45,953 bases of DNA from an uncultured Bacilli bacterium (GTDB lineage: Bacteria; Bacillota_I; Bacilli_A; RF39; UBA660): contig CANRBR010000003.1 in assembly GCA_947628915.1 (NCBI GenBank), forward strand, positions 1-45,953. The letters run 5' to 3'. The notes under the pieces were generated by a model, which saw nothing but the letters and a program-made list of their open reading frames with translations, had not been told where the DNA came from and made no database searches. How positions within the stretch are numbered: the stretch's first letter is position 1; every line of letters starts with the position of its first letter. The translations under genes and the position numbers were made by a program. This document shows positions 38,670-45,953 of the stretch, piece after piece.

Positions 38670-38707
38670 AATTAAAATATACAAAATTTTATTAAATAAG
38701 TCAAGTA

Positions 38708-39910
38708 TTAATCAATAATTTCTTTAATTCTATCATTTACTTCTTTTAAAATTATTTCATTTTTATTATTTTGCGGATTATAATATCTTTTACTTTTTAA
38801 ATTATCAGGTAAGTATTGTTGCTTAACTATATGGTTTTTATAATCATGGGCATACTTATAGTTTGGAGATGTAGTTTTAATATGCTCAGGTACATTTCCA
38901 GTATTTCCTTTTCTTATATCGTTCAATGCTTCATCTATTGCCATAATCGCACTATTAGATTTAGGAGATAAAGCAAGTTCTATAACTGTTTTTGCAAGAG
39001 GAATACGTGCCTCAGGCAATCCTAGACGCTCACACGCACTAATACAAGCCTCAACTTTTAAAGCCATATTTGGATTAGCAAGTCCAATATCTTCGTATAC
39101 AATCACACTCATTCTTCTAAATATAATATCTAAATCTTCTGCTTCTATAAGTCTTGCAAGATAATGTAGCGCGGCATCAACATCAGAACCTCTAATACTT
39201 TTTTGAAACGCACTTATGACATCATAATATCCATCTTCATTTTTATCGTGAAATAAGTTAGGTTTATTACTTATATTTTTTAGCGATTCTAAAGTAACTT
39301 TTTTATCAGTAGAGTAGTAGGCAACTTCAAGTAGATTATATGCATATCTAAGGTCTCCACTTGATGTATTTGCTATAAAGTCTATACATTCATCATCTAT
39401 TTTAATATCATTTAATTCTGTTTTAATAGCTTTATTAATAGCCATTTTAATATCATCACTAGTTAGTTCTTTAAGTTCAAATATTTGACATCTAGAACGT
39501 ATTGCCGGATTAATAGAGTGGTACGGATTAGATGTAGTCATACCAATTAAGGTAATTAATCCATTTTCTAGATATGGTAAAAGTAAGTCTTGTTTATCTT
39601 TATTTAGCCTATGTATCTCATCCATGATAACTACAAGTCCTTTATACATTTTAGCTTCTTCTACAACTACATCGAAGTCTTTTTTATTATTGATAACTGC
39701 ATTAAGCATTCTATATTGTAGTCCAAGTTCCTCAACTATTGCAGTTGCTATTGTAGTTTTTCCAATTCCAGGCTTACCGTATAATATCATTGAAAATAAT
39801 TTCTTATTCTTTACTAAATTAGTAAGTACTTTATTTTTATCGATTAAATGTTTTTGTCCTATAACATCATCTAAACATTTAGGTCTAAGTTTTAATGCCA
39901 ATGGTTCCAT
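38708..39910 (-). CDS. rarA: Replication-associated recombination protein RarA/MgsA
   Basis: PLALKLRP, GKPGIGKT, DEIHRLNKDKQD, SAFQKSIRGSD, EDIGLANP. Confidence 0.96.
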   Translation of the reverse strand: MEPLALKLRPKCLDDVIGQKHLIDKNKVLTNLVKNKKLFSMILYGKPGIGKTTIATAIVEELGLQYRMLNAVINNKKDFDVVVEEAKMYKGLVVIMDEIHRLNKDKQDLLLPYLENGLITLIGMTTSNPYHSINPAIRSRCQIFELKELTSDDIKMAINKAIKTELNDIKIDDECIDFIANTSSGDLRYAYNLLEVAYYSTDKKVTLESLKNISNKPNLFHDKNEDGYYDVISAFQKSIRGSDVDAALHYLARLIEAEDLDIIFRRMSVIVYEDIGLANPNMALKVEACISACERLGLPEARIPLAKTVIELALSPKSNSAIMAIDEALNDIRKGNTGNVPEHIKTTSPNYKYAHDYKNHIVKQQYLPDNLKSKRYYNPQNNKNEIILKEVNDRIKEIID

Positions 39911-39973
39911 AATCTCACCAATAATATTTTACCATAATATATAAAAAAGTGGTATAATAAGTATGGTGATGAT

Positions 39974-40861
39974 ATGAATAATCTAAGTGAATTAGTAGAA
40001 GAGTTTTTAAGATATTTACTTATAGATAAAGGCTATAGCAACAATACTATCGCTTCATATAAAATAGATTTAGAAAAATTTTTAGAGTATAATAAAGGAA
40101 AAAGTATAGATAATATAACTAATAGTGATTTAAAAGAGTATGTTAAGTGGTTAAATAAAGAAAATTTAAACGAGAAATCTATATCTAGAAATATATCCTG
40201 CCTAAAAAGTTTTTATAAGTTTTTAGTAATAGAAAAATATGTAAAAAATAATCCTAGCGATTTAATATCTATACCAAAAGTAAAAAAGAGTCTACCTAAA
40301 ACACTTACTGAAGATGAAGTAATTAAACTACTTGATATAGATTTAACCGATAACTTCAGTTATAGAAATAAAGCAATGCTTGAAGTGATGTATGCAACTG
40401 GACTTCGTGTAAGTGAACTAGTTAATTTGAAACTTCAAGATGTAGATTTATCTCAAGATTTAGTTAGAACATTTGGAAAAGGTAGTAAAGAACGCGTTAT
40501 TCCAATAGGGGAATATGCTAGAGAGTACTTAGAAAAATATATATATGAATATAGAGGTTCTATGGTAAAAAGGACTAATAATGAATATTTATTTTTAAAT
40601 AATCATGGAAATAAAATGACTAGACAAGGTTTCTTTAAAATAATAAAGAAAATTGCTAAAGAAAAGGGTATAGATAAAGAGTTATCACCTCATACACTTA
40701 GACATTCATTTGCAACTCACTTACTTAAATATGGAGCAGATTTAAGGACTATACAGGAACTTTTAGGACACTCAGATATTTCAACAACTCAGATTTATAC
40801 ATATATCAGTAATGAAGAATTAAAGAAAAATTACGAAAATTTTCATCCACATGGTAATTAA
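39974..40861 (+). CDS. xerD: Tyrosine recombinase XerD (RipX)
   Basis: YATGLRVSEL, GKGSKER, PHTLRHSFATHLL, LLGHSDISTTQIY. Upstream of deoB, as in ripX-drm. Confidence 0.93.
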   Translation: MNNLSELVEEFLRYLLIDKGYSNNTIASYKIDLEKFLEYNKGKSIDNITNSDLKEYVKWLNKENLNEKSISRNISCLKSFYKFLVIEKYVKNNPSDLISIPKVKKSLPKTLTEDEVIKLLDIDLTDNFSYRNKAMLEVMYATGLRVSELVNLKLQDVDLSQDLVRTFGKGSKERVIPIGEYAREYLEKYIYEYRGSMVKRTNNEYLFLNNHGNKMTRQGFFKIIKKIAKEKGIDKELSPHTLRHSFATHLLKYGADLRTIQELLGHSDISTTQIYTYISNEELKKNYENFHPHGN

Positions 40862-40917
40862 GTGTAGATTTATAACACAAAATTTGATACAATAGTATTA
40901 GATAAAAGGAGGGTTGT

Positions 40918-42084
40918 ATGAAATTTAAAAGAATATTTTTAATTGTACTAGATTCACTTGGGGTAGGGGAAGCAATAGACGCTAAAAAGTTTGACGATGT
41001 AGGGGCTAATACACTAGGTCATATATTAGAATTTAATCCAATAGACTATCCTAATTTAGAGCAAATGGGATTTTTAAATCTTGTCAATCACAATACTGAT
41101 AAGAAGATAGATTCCTATTATACAAAAGCACACCCAAAGGCAAACGGTAAAGATACACTAACAGGTCATTTAGAGATGATGGGGATAAGAACACTCATCC
41201 CATTTAAAACATTTACCAATACTGGATTCCCTAAAGAATTAATAGATGAACTCGAGAAAAGAACTGGTAGAAAAGTAATTGGAAATTGTAATGCTAGTGG
41301 TACTGAAATAATAGAAAGACTTGGACAAGAACAAATCGATACTGGTGCATTAATAGTATATACATCAGCTGATTCAGTACTTCAAATAGCCGCGCATGAA
41401 GATGTAATTCCACTTAATGAATTATATAAAGACTGTGAGATTGCACGTGAATTAACTTTAAAAGATGAATGGAAAGTCGGTAGAATTATTGCAAGACCAT
41501 ATGTTGGAACTCCTGGTAATTTTACTCGTACATCAAATAGGCACGATTACGCATTAGACCCGGTTAGTGATACTGTGTTAGATAATTTAAAAAATAGTGG
41601 CTTTGATGTAATATCTATAGGTAAAATAAGTGATATATTTAATAACTGTGGTATTACTAAAAGTACTAAAACTAAAGATAATTTAGATGGTATAATTAAA
41701 ATAATAGAAACTGAAAAAGATGATTTTAGAGGTTTATGCTTTGCTAATCTAAATGATTTTGATTCAAAATATGGACATAGAAGAAATATAAAGGGGTATG
41801 CAGAGGCAATAAAAGAGTTTGATACTTATTTGCCTGTCATTAAAGACAATTTAAAGGAGGACGATTTACTTATGATAGTAGCAGATCACGGAAATGATCC
41901 ATCATATAAAGGAACAGACCATACAAGAGAAAATATCCCTGTACTCATATATTCAAAAATATTTACTGATCCAAAACACTTAAGAGAACTTGATTGCTTT
42001 TCAGATATAGGCGCAACAGTTGCAGACAATTTTAATGTTAAATTACCATTGGTTGGAAAGAGTTTTTTAGGTAAATTAAAATGA
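40918..42084 (+). CDS. deoB: Phosphopentomutase
   Basis: IVLDSLGVG, GKDTLTGH, YTSADSVLQIAAHE, ADHGNDP, TDHTRE. Confidence 0.97.
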   Translation: MKFKRIFLIVLDSLGVGEAIDAKKFDDVGANTLGHILEFNPIDYPNLEQMGFLNLVNHNTDKKIDSYYTKAHPKANGKDTLTGHLEMMGIRTLIPFKTFTNTGFPKELIDELEKRTGRKVIGNCNASGTEIIERLGQEQIDTGALIVYTSADSVLQIAAHEDVIPLNELYKDCEIARELTLKDEWKVGRIIARPYVGTPGNFTRTSNRHDYALDPVSDTVLDNLKNSGFDVISIGKISDIFNNCGITKSTKTKDNLDGIIKIIETEKDDFRGLCFANLNDFDSKYGHRRNIKGYAEAIKEFDTYLPVIKDNLKEDDLLMIVADHGNDPSYKGTDHTRENIPVLIYSKIFTDPKHLRELDCFSDIGATVADNFNVKLPLVGKSFLGKLK

Positions 42085-42767
42085 GATATGAAGAGTTTTT
42101 AAAAGAATTAAATAGTCTGCAAGATTTAAAATTTAAAGATTTTCATTCAAACTTAATTCACGATGATAATTTAATAGGTGTTAAGACAGCTGATTTAAAA
42201 AATGTTGCTAAAAAAATTGTCAAAGCTGATTATGATGCATTCATAAAAGAAAATAAACATTCATTTTATGAAGAAAATTTAGTACACGGATTATTACTTG
42301 GATATATAAAAAAAGATTATATTGAGCTCAAAAAGTATATAGATGATTTTATACCATATATAGATAATTGGGCAGTTTGTGACCTCACTGCTGCAAATTT
42401 AAAAATATATAAGAAAAAGGCTATAAGAGAAGAGGCATTTAACGATATAAAAGGATATATCAACGATAAAAATCCTTGGATAAATAGATTTGGATATGTA
42501 CTTCTTTTATACTATTACATAGATGATGAGCATATAGATGAAATATTTAAATTGTGTGAAAAAGAAACGCAAGAATATTTTGTTAAAATGGCAGTAGCGT
42601 GGTTACTTTCTATGTGCTTTGTATCATATAAAAAAGATACTTTAGCGTTCTTTAAAGATAACAAATTAGATAAATGGACATATAATAAAGCACTTCAAAA
42701 ATTAATCGAATCTAAAATGATTACTGATAAAGAAAAAGATAAATTAAGAAAGATGAAAAAGAAATGA
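42081..42767 (+). CDS. AlkD-like DNA alkylation repair protein
   Basis: IDNWAVCD, YFVKMAVAWLLS, NKALQKLIES. Confidence 0.88.
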   Translation: MRYEEFLKELNSLQDLKFKDFHSNLIHDDNLIGVKTADLKNVAKKIVKADYDAFIKENKHSFYEENLVHGLLLGYIKKDYIELKKYIDDFIPYIDNWAVCDLTAANLKIYKKKAIREEAFNDIKGYINDKNPWINRFGYVLLLYYYIDDEHIDEIFKLCEKETQEYFVKMAVAWLLSMCFVSYKKDTLAFFKDNKLDKWTYNKALQKLIESKMITDKEKDKLRKMKKK

Positions 42768-43276
42768 AATACTTAGTTATTTCCGATATACATGGTAATA
42801 TTTATAATTTAAATAAAGTACTTGATATATATTTGTTAGAACACGCATCAAAACTTATTATACTCGGCGATTTATTTAATTATGGAATAGATTTAAATAG
42901 AGCTGATATTATTAATAGATTAAATCTTATGAAAGATAATATTATTGCTGTTAGTGGAAACTGTGATAATAATATAAAAGACATATTATTTGATATGCCA
43001 TATATAAATAAAACTAATCTAAATAATAAAAATATTATACTTACTCATGGACATTTATATAGTAAAGAATATCTATTAAATACAGATGCTGATATTATAT
43101 TTACTGGACATTCACATATAGCAGATATTAGTGAAGTAGGGGACAAACTATTTATTAATCCTGGGTCAATTTCTAAATCTAGGAAAGGAGAAAATAGTTT
43201 TGTTATCGTAGATGAAACTAAAGTTAGTATAAGAAATTTAGATAATGAGATACTAGAAGAATACAAACTTAAATAG
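42764..43276 (+). CDS. YfcE-family metallophosphoesterase
   Basis: SDIHG, LGD, GNCD, THGH, GHSH, NPGS. Confidence 0.92.
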   Translation: MKYLVISDIHGNIYNLNKVLDIYLLEHASKLIILGDLFNYGIDLNRADIINRLNLMKDNIIAVSGNCDNNIKDILFDMPYINKTNLNNKNIILTHGHLYSKEYLLNTDADIIFTGHSHIADISEVGDKLFINPGSISKSRKGENSFVIVDETKVSIRNLDNEILEEYKLK

Positions 43277-43361
43277 TTTGTGTTTTTTATTGATTGTTGG
43301 TGAATATTTCAAAAAATATGTTATAATTAAATTGACTTTTCTTTTTTTCTATATTATAATT

Positions 43362-43402
43362 AGAAATAGGAGAAGGGATTTTGTCGTACTTCTCTTTTTC
43401 TA
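43362..43402 (+). ncRNA. Candidate ~40-nt hairpin RNA or leader attenuator
   Basis: TTGACT-N17-TATAAT (43332-43360) is immediately followed by a GGAGAAG/CTTCTCT stem and T tract. Confidence 0.4.
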
Positions 43403-43491
43403 AATATTGATATTATTTAATAGTATACAATTAAATATACAAAAGGTTATTGAACACATTCAAAGTAAATGAACTAAAGGAAGTTGATAAA

Positions 43492-43563
43492 ATGTTATTG
43501 TTTATTATAATTATATTGGCAATATGGTGTGGCTTTTGTGACTTTGCTAACAAAAGAAAATAA
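43492..43563 (+). CDS. Candidate 23-aa membrane peptide MLLFIIIILAIWCGFCDFANKRK
   Basis: AAGGA RBS, hydrophobic helix, CxxC, basic tail. Confidence 0.55.
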   Translation: MLLFIIIILAIWCGFCDFANKRK

Positions 43564-43566
43564 ATT

Positions 43567-43596
43567 TAATATTAATTAAATTAAAATGCATACAAT
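43567..43596 (+). promoter_or_regulatory. SigE-type promoter upstream of zupT
   Basis: TAATATT-N15-CATACAAT, close to the B. subtilis SigE consensus. Confidence 0.5.
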
Positions 43597-43610
43597 TAAC
43601 TGGTGATACT

Positions 43611-44360
43611 ATGTCAGGTAATATGTATGCTTTTTTACTTTCTACTATTGCTGGAATATCCACATTAATAGGATTTCTATTCATATATATAAAAAAAGAC
43701 AGAGATAGTATGATTAGTAAAGCACTAGGTTTTGCAAGTGGAGTTATGCTTACAATATCAGTAATTGATTTAATACCTAGTTCGTTTTTATTAATGATTA
43801 AAAATAATTCAAATATTTATACATTATTATTCATTTTAATAGGATTTTTAATAGGTGTTATTATATCCAGTGTAATTGATAAAAGAGTAGGGGAGCAATA
43901 TAAAAAAGGTACTAAATTATATAAACTTGGGCTAATTACAATGTTAGTTATAATGATGCATAATATACCTGAGGGAATTGCAACATTTATAACAACTACA
44001 AATAACACCAAATTAGGATTAATATTAACAATCGCAATCGCACTGCACAATATTCCAGAAGGAATATCTATAAGTATACCAATATATTATTCAACTAATA
44101 GTAAATTAAAAGCATTTTTATATACATTTATATCAGGTATGTCTGAGCCACTTGGAGCATTAATTTCATATCTCTTTCTTGCTAGATTTGTAAATGATAC
44201 TATATTAGGTATTATATACTCAATAATTGCTGGAATGATGATTAATATATCTATAAATGAATTATATAAAGAAGCAACAAATTACAATAGAAAAAATACT
44301 GTTATCTATTTTATAATTGGTTCATTTATTATGATATTAAACCATATATTATTTGGATAG
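43611..44360 (+). CDS. zupT: ZIP-family metal transporter
   Basis: GFASGVML, HNIPEG twice, SGMSEPLGA. Confidence 0.9.
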   Translation: MSGNMYAFLLSTIAGISTLIGFLFIYIKKDRDSMISKALGFASGVMLTISVIDLIPSSFLLMIKNNSNIYTLLFILIGFLIGVIISSVIDKRVGEQYKKGTKLYKLGLITMLVIMMHNIPEGIATFITTTNNTKLGLILTIAIALHNIPEGISISIPIYYSTNSKLKAFLYTFISGMSEPLGALISYLFLARFVNDTILGIIYSIIAGMMINISINELYKEATNYNRKNTVIYFIIGSFIMILNHILFG

Positions 44361-44386
44361 CAAAAAAGACTAAATAGTCTTTTTTG
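44361..44386. terminator. Bidirectional terminator
   Basis: CAAAAAAGACTA-AA-TAGTCTTTTTTG. Confidence 0.85.
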
Positions 44387-44390
44387 TGGG

Positions 44391-44516
44391 TTATTTACAA
44401 TCTATATCAGAATTTGATTTAGAATTGTTTGATTTAGAACTAGAAGATTGAGCGTTAGTACTTTTATTCATACTATTGCTTTTTTTCATATTAGTTTCTT
44501 TATTATTCTTTCTCAT
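44391..44516 (-). CDS. 41-aa Asn/Ser/Lys-rich small protein, possibly a forespore protein
   Basis: MRKNNKETNMKKSNSMNKSTNAQSSSSKSNNSKSNSDIDCK. GGTGA RBS, GTATA-N17-AATAATA promoter, ends at the terminator. Confidence 0.65.
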   Translation of the reverse strand: MRKNNKETNMKKSNSMNKSTNAQSSSSKSNNSKSNSDIDCK

Positions 44517-44718
44517 TTAAATCACCCAATAATATTATTTACTGATAAATTAAATATATACATAATTTATTATGATAATAGAATAAAAGATAGAGTATAA
44601 ATATAAATTAATATTTTATAACATAGGATTGATATAGAAGAGAATGCATATTTTAAATTAAATAGATATAAGTTATTATTAGTAGTATTAAATATATATC
44701 ACTTTTATTCTACTAGGA

Positions 44719-44746
44719 AGTTAACATAATATATATTGTCGGATAT
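44719..44746 (-). other. Chromosomal dif (XerCD) site
   Basis: Minus strand ATATCCGACAA-TATATA-TTATGTTAACT, 23/28 identical to B. subtilis dif ACTTCCTAGAATATATATTATGTAAACT. Intergenic, near xerD. Confidence 0.8.
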
Positions 44747-45048
44747 TTTAAATCTTCAAATTATATCATTAACTAATCACCTAAATTTATATATCTGATA
44801 TTGCTACATCTATTTAGATGTATGTATACAAACGCTAATCAGGTTTCATAAGTTTTTAAAATTTTAAAAATTATTTTAAATTTAATTTATTATATATTAT
44901 ACTATATATATATACTAAATACTACATTCATTTTAAGCAATCGAGAAATAATTTTATGATTAATTATATGTCTAAATACTAAATTTCACATACTCTACTC
45001 CCCTATTAGAATATGACAAAGTAGGGGACTTATCCAAAAAAATAGAGA

Positions 45049-45852
45049 CTAGTCTTTGTCATCTATTTTCTTAAATGCAGTTTTTCTTGATTCGATTTCA
45101 GCAATCTTTTCAAATATCTCAGTCGCATTGTGCTCATTCATCTCAGAATATCCAAGTTCTTTTAAAGCCTGACTTTTAATATTATTAAGTTCCATAGTAC
45201 GACTTAGTTTTTCTTCAATTTTTTGTTCGATTTGATTTACAAATCTCCTATGTGATTCAGCAAGTTTGCTTTTTGATGCTTTACCACTTCTATATAATAT
45301 CATAGCAGAGAACATTACACTTTCAAATATAAATTGTTCGTCTTCTTCAAATGCGAATTCCATAGGTTTTTCAAATCCAGTTTCTTTTGCTACATAAGCA
45401 AGAATATATTTGAGTTCTTTTGTATTATTCATAGCTTGTAAATAATGATATAAATAATTAACAATATTTACTCCTTCAGTACCATTATCTTCTAAGTATT
45501 CCTTAATTAAGTCAACTACACCTATAAATAATTCTTGATTTTTATCACTTATCCCACTAAGTAATTCATTCCCTACTCCACTATTATCTACTACTTTAGT
45601 CTCACATAAACTATTTAGTTTAACTTCAACAGAAGTAATATATTCTGTATTTACTTTTATTTTATCTATGTCTTTAACGTCTTTAACTCCTAAAAGATTT
45701 AGTAGTAGTACTTTTTTATCTTTAGGCCATTTATTAATATCATCCATCTCTAAGTAGTTATATATCATTTGTCTAGAAACGCCTAAAAATTTAGCAAGTT
45801 TTACTTTTGATATACCTAACTCGTGTAACAAATCAGCTAACTTAGTCTTCAT
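45049..45852 (-). CDS. XRE-type HTH domain protein
   Basis: LGISKVKLAKFLGVSRQMIYNY HTH, GGAGG RBS, TTGACA-type promoter upstream. Confidence 0.75.
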   Translation of the reverse strand: MKTKLADLLHELGISKVKLAKFLGVSRQMIYNYLEMDDINKWPKDKKVLLLNLLGVKDVKDIDKIKVNTEYITSVEVKLNSLCETKVVDNSGVGNELLSGISDKNQELFIGVVDLIKEYLEDNGTEGVNIVNYLYHYLQAMNNTKELKYILAYVAKETGFEKPMEFAFEEDEQFIFESVMFSAMILYRSGKASKSKLAESHRRFVNQIEQKIEEKLSRTMELNNIKSQALKELGYSEMNEHNATEIFEKIAEIESRKTAFKKIDDKD

Positions 45853-45953
45853 TTACCTACCCTCCTATAAATAATTTTATCACATTATTTACATTTGTCA
45901 AGTGTAAAGTAAGGTAAATGTAACTTTTGTCAAGACATCGTGACCCCAAAGTA

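Noticed and set aside
39974-40861. Tyrosine recombinase as a phage or integron integrase
   Set aside because: Sequence and ripX-drm synteny indicate housekeeping XerD, with no IntI-type insertion or phage genes.
3691-44050. Other short ORF-track entries antisense to real genes (e.g. 5234-5506, 15446-15904, 37109-37540, 38371-38646, 39624-39944)
   Set aside because: They overlap well-supported genes on the opposite strand and have the Ser/Ile/Leu/Phe-rich composition typical of reverse frames.
44570-44769. Possible degraded membrane-protein gene on the minus strand after an AGGTGA RBS
   Set aside because: Multiple stops from codon 3 onward, and the region is better explained by the dif site and AT-rich spacer.
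1-45953. tRNA, rRNA, tmRNA, SRP RNA, IS elements
   Set aside because: No cloverleaf, rRNA-like GC-rich tract, SRP motif, transposase or terminal inverted repeats were seen by eye.

Overview
Very AT-rich chromosomal segment of a small-genome, spore-forming Firmicute. A Bacilli RF39-like gut lineage is my inference from gene style, not a verified assignment. The standard genetic code applies (ATGA stop/start overlaps). The window appears to end at the replication terminus: a dif-like site lies at 44719-44746 and xerD is about 4 kb upstream. The core backbone is sufC-sufD-sufS, mutL, murG-murB-divIB, rnjB, ftsA-ftsZ, fhs, sigG-ylmC, smc, holA, rarA, xerD-deoB and zupT. It is interrupted by single-gene accessory units, including a ~15 kb block between divIB and ftsA. 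Four observations stand out. (1) A candidate ~45-nt sRNA at ~1069-1112 (minus strand, forespore-type promoter, own terminator) is perfectly complementary over 18 nt to the structured 5' coding region of sigG, 31 kb away. (2) Several unrelated orphan proteins, mostly with their own canonical sigma-A promoter, share a basic C-terminal K-x-K-x-hydrophobic tail that could be an export or targeting signal. (3) Accessory genes are bounded by duplicated gene-end/terminator sequences (GATAAGTAAAATGCTTATC family), suggesting repeated insertion at a hairpin. (4) Two more tiny promoter-hairpin RNAs and three small ORFs are missing from the ORF track. All calls were made by eye; no searches were run.
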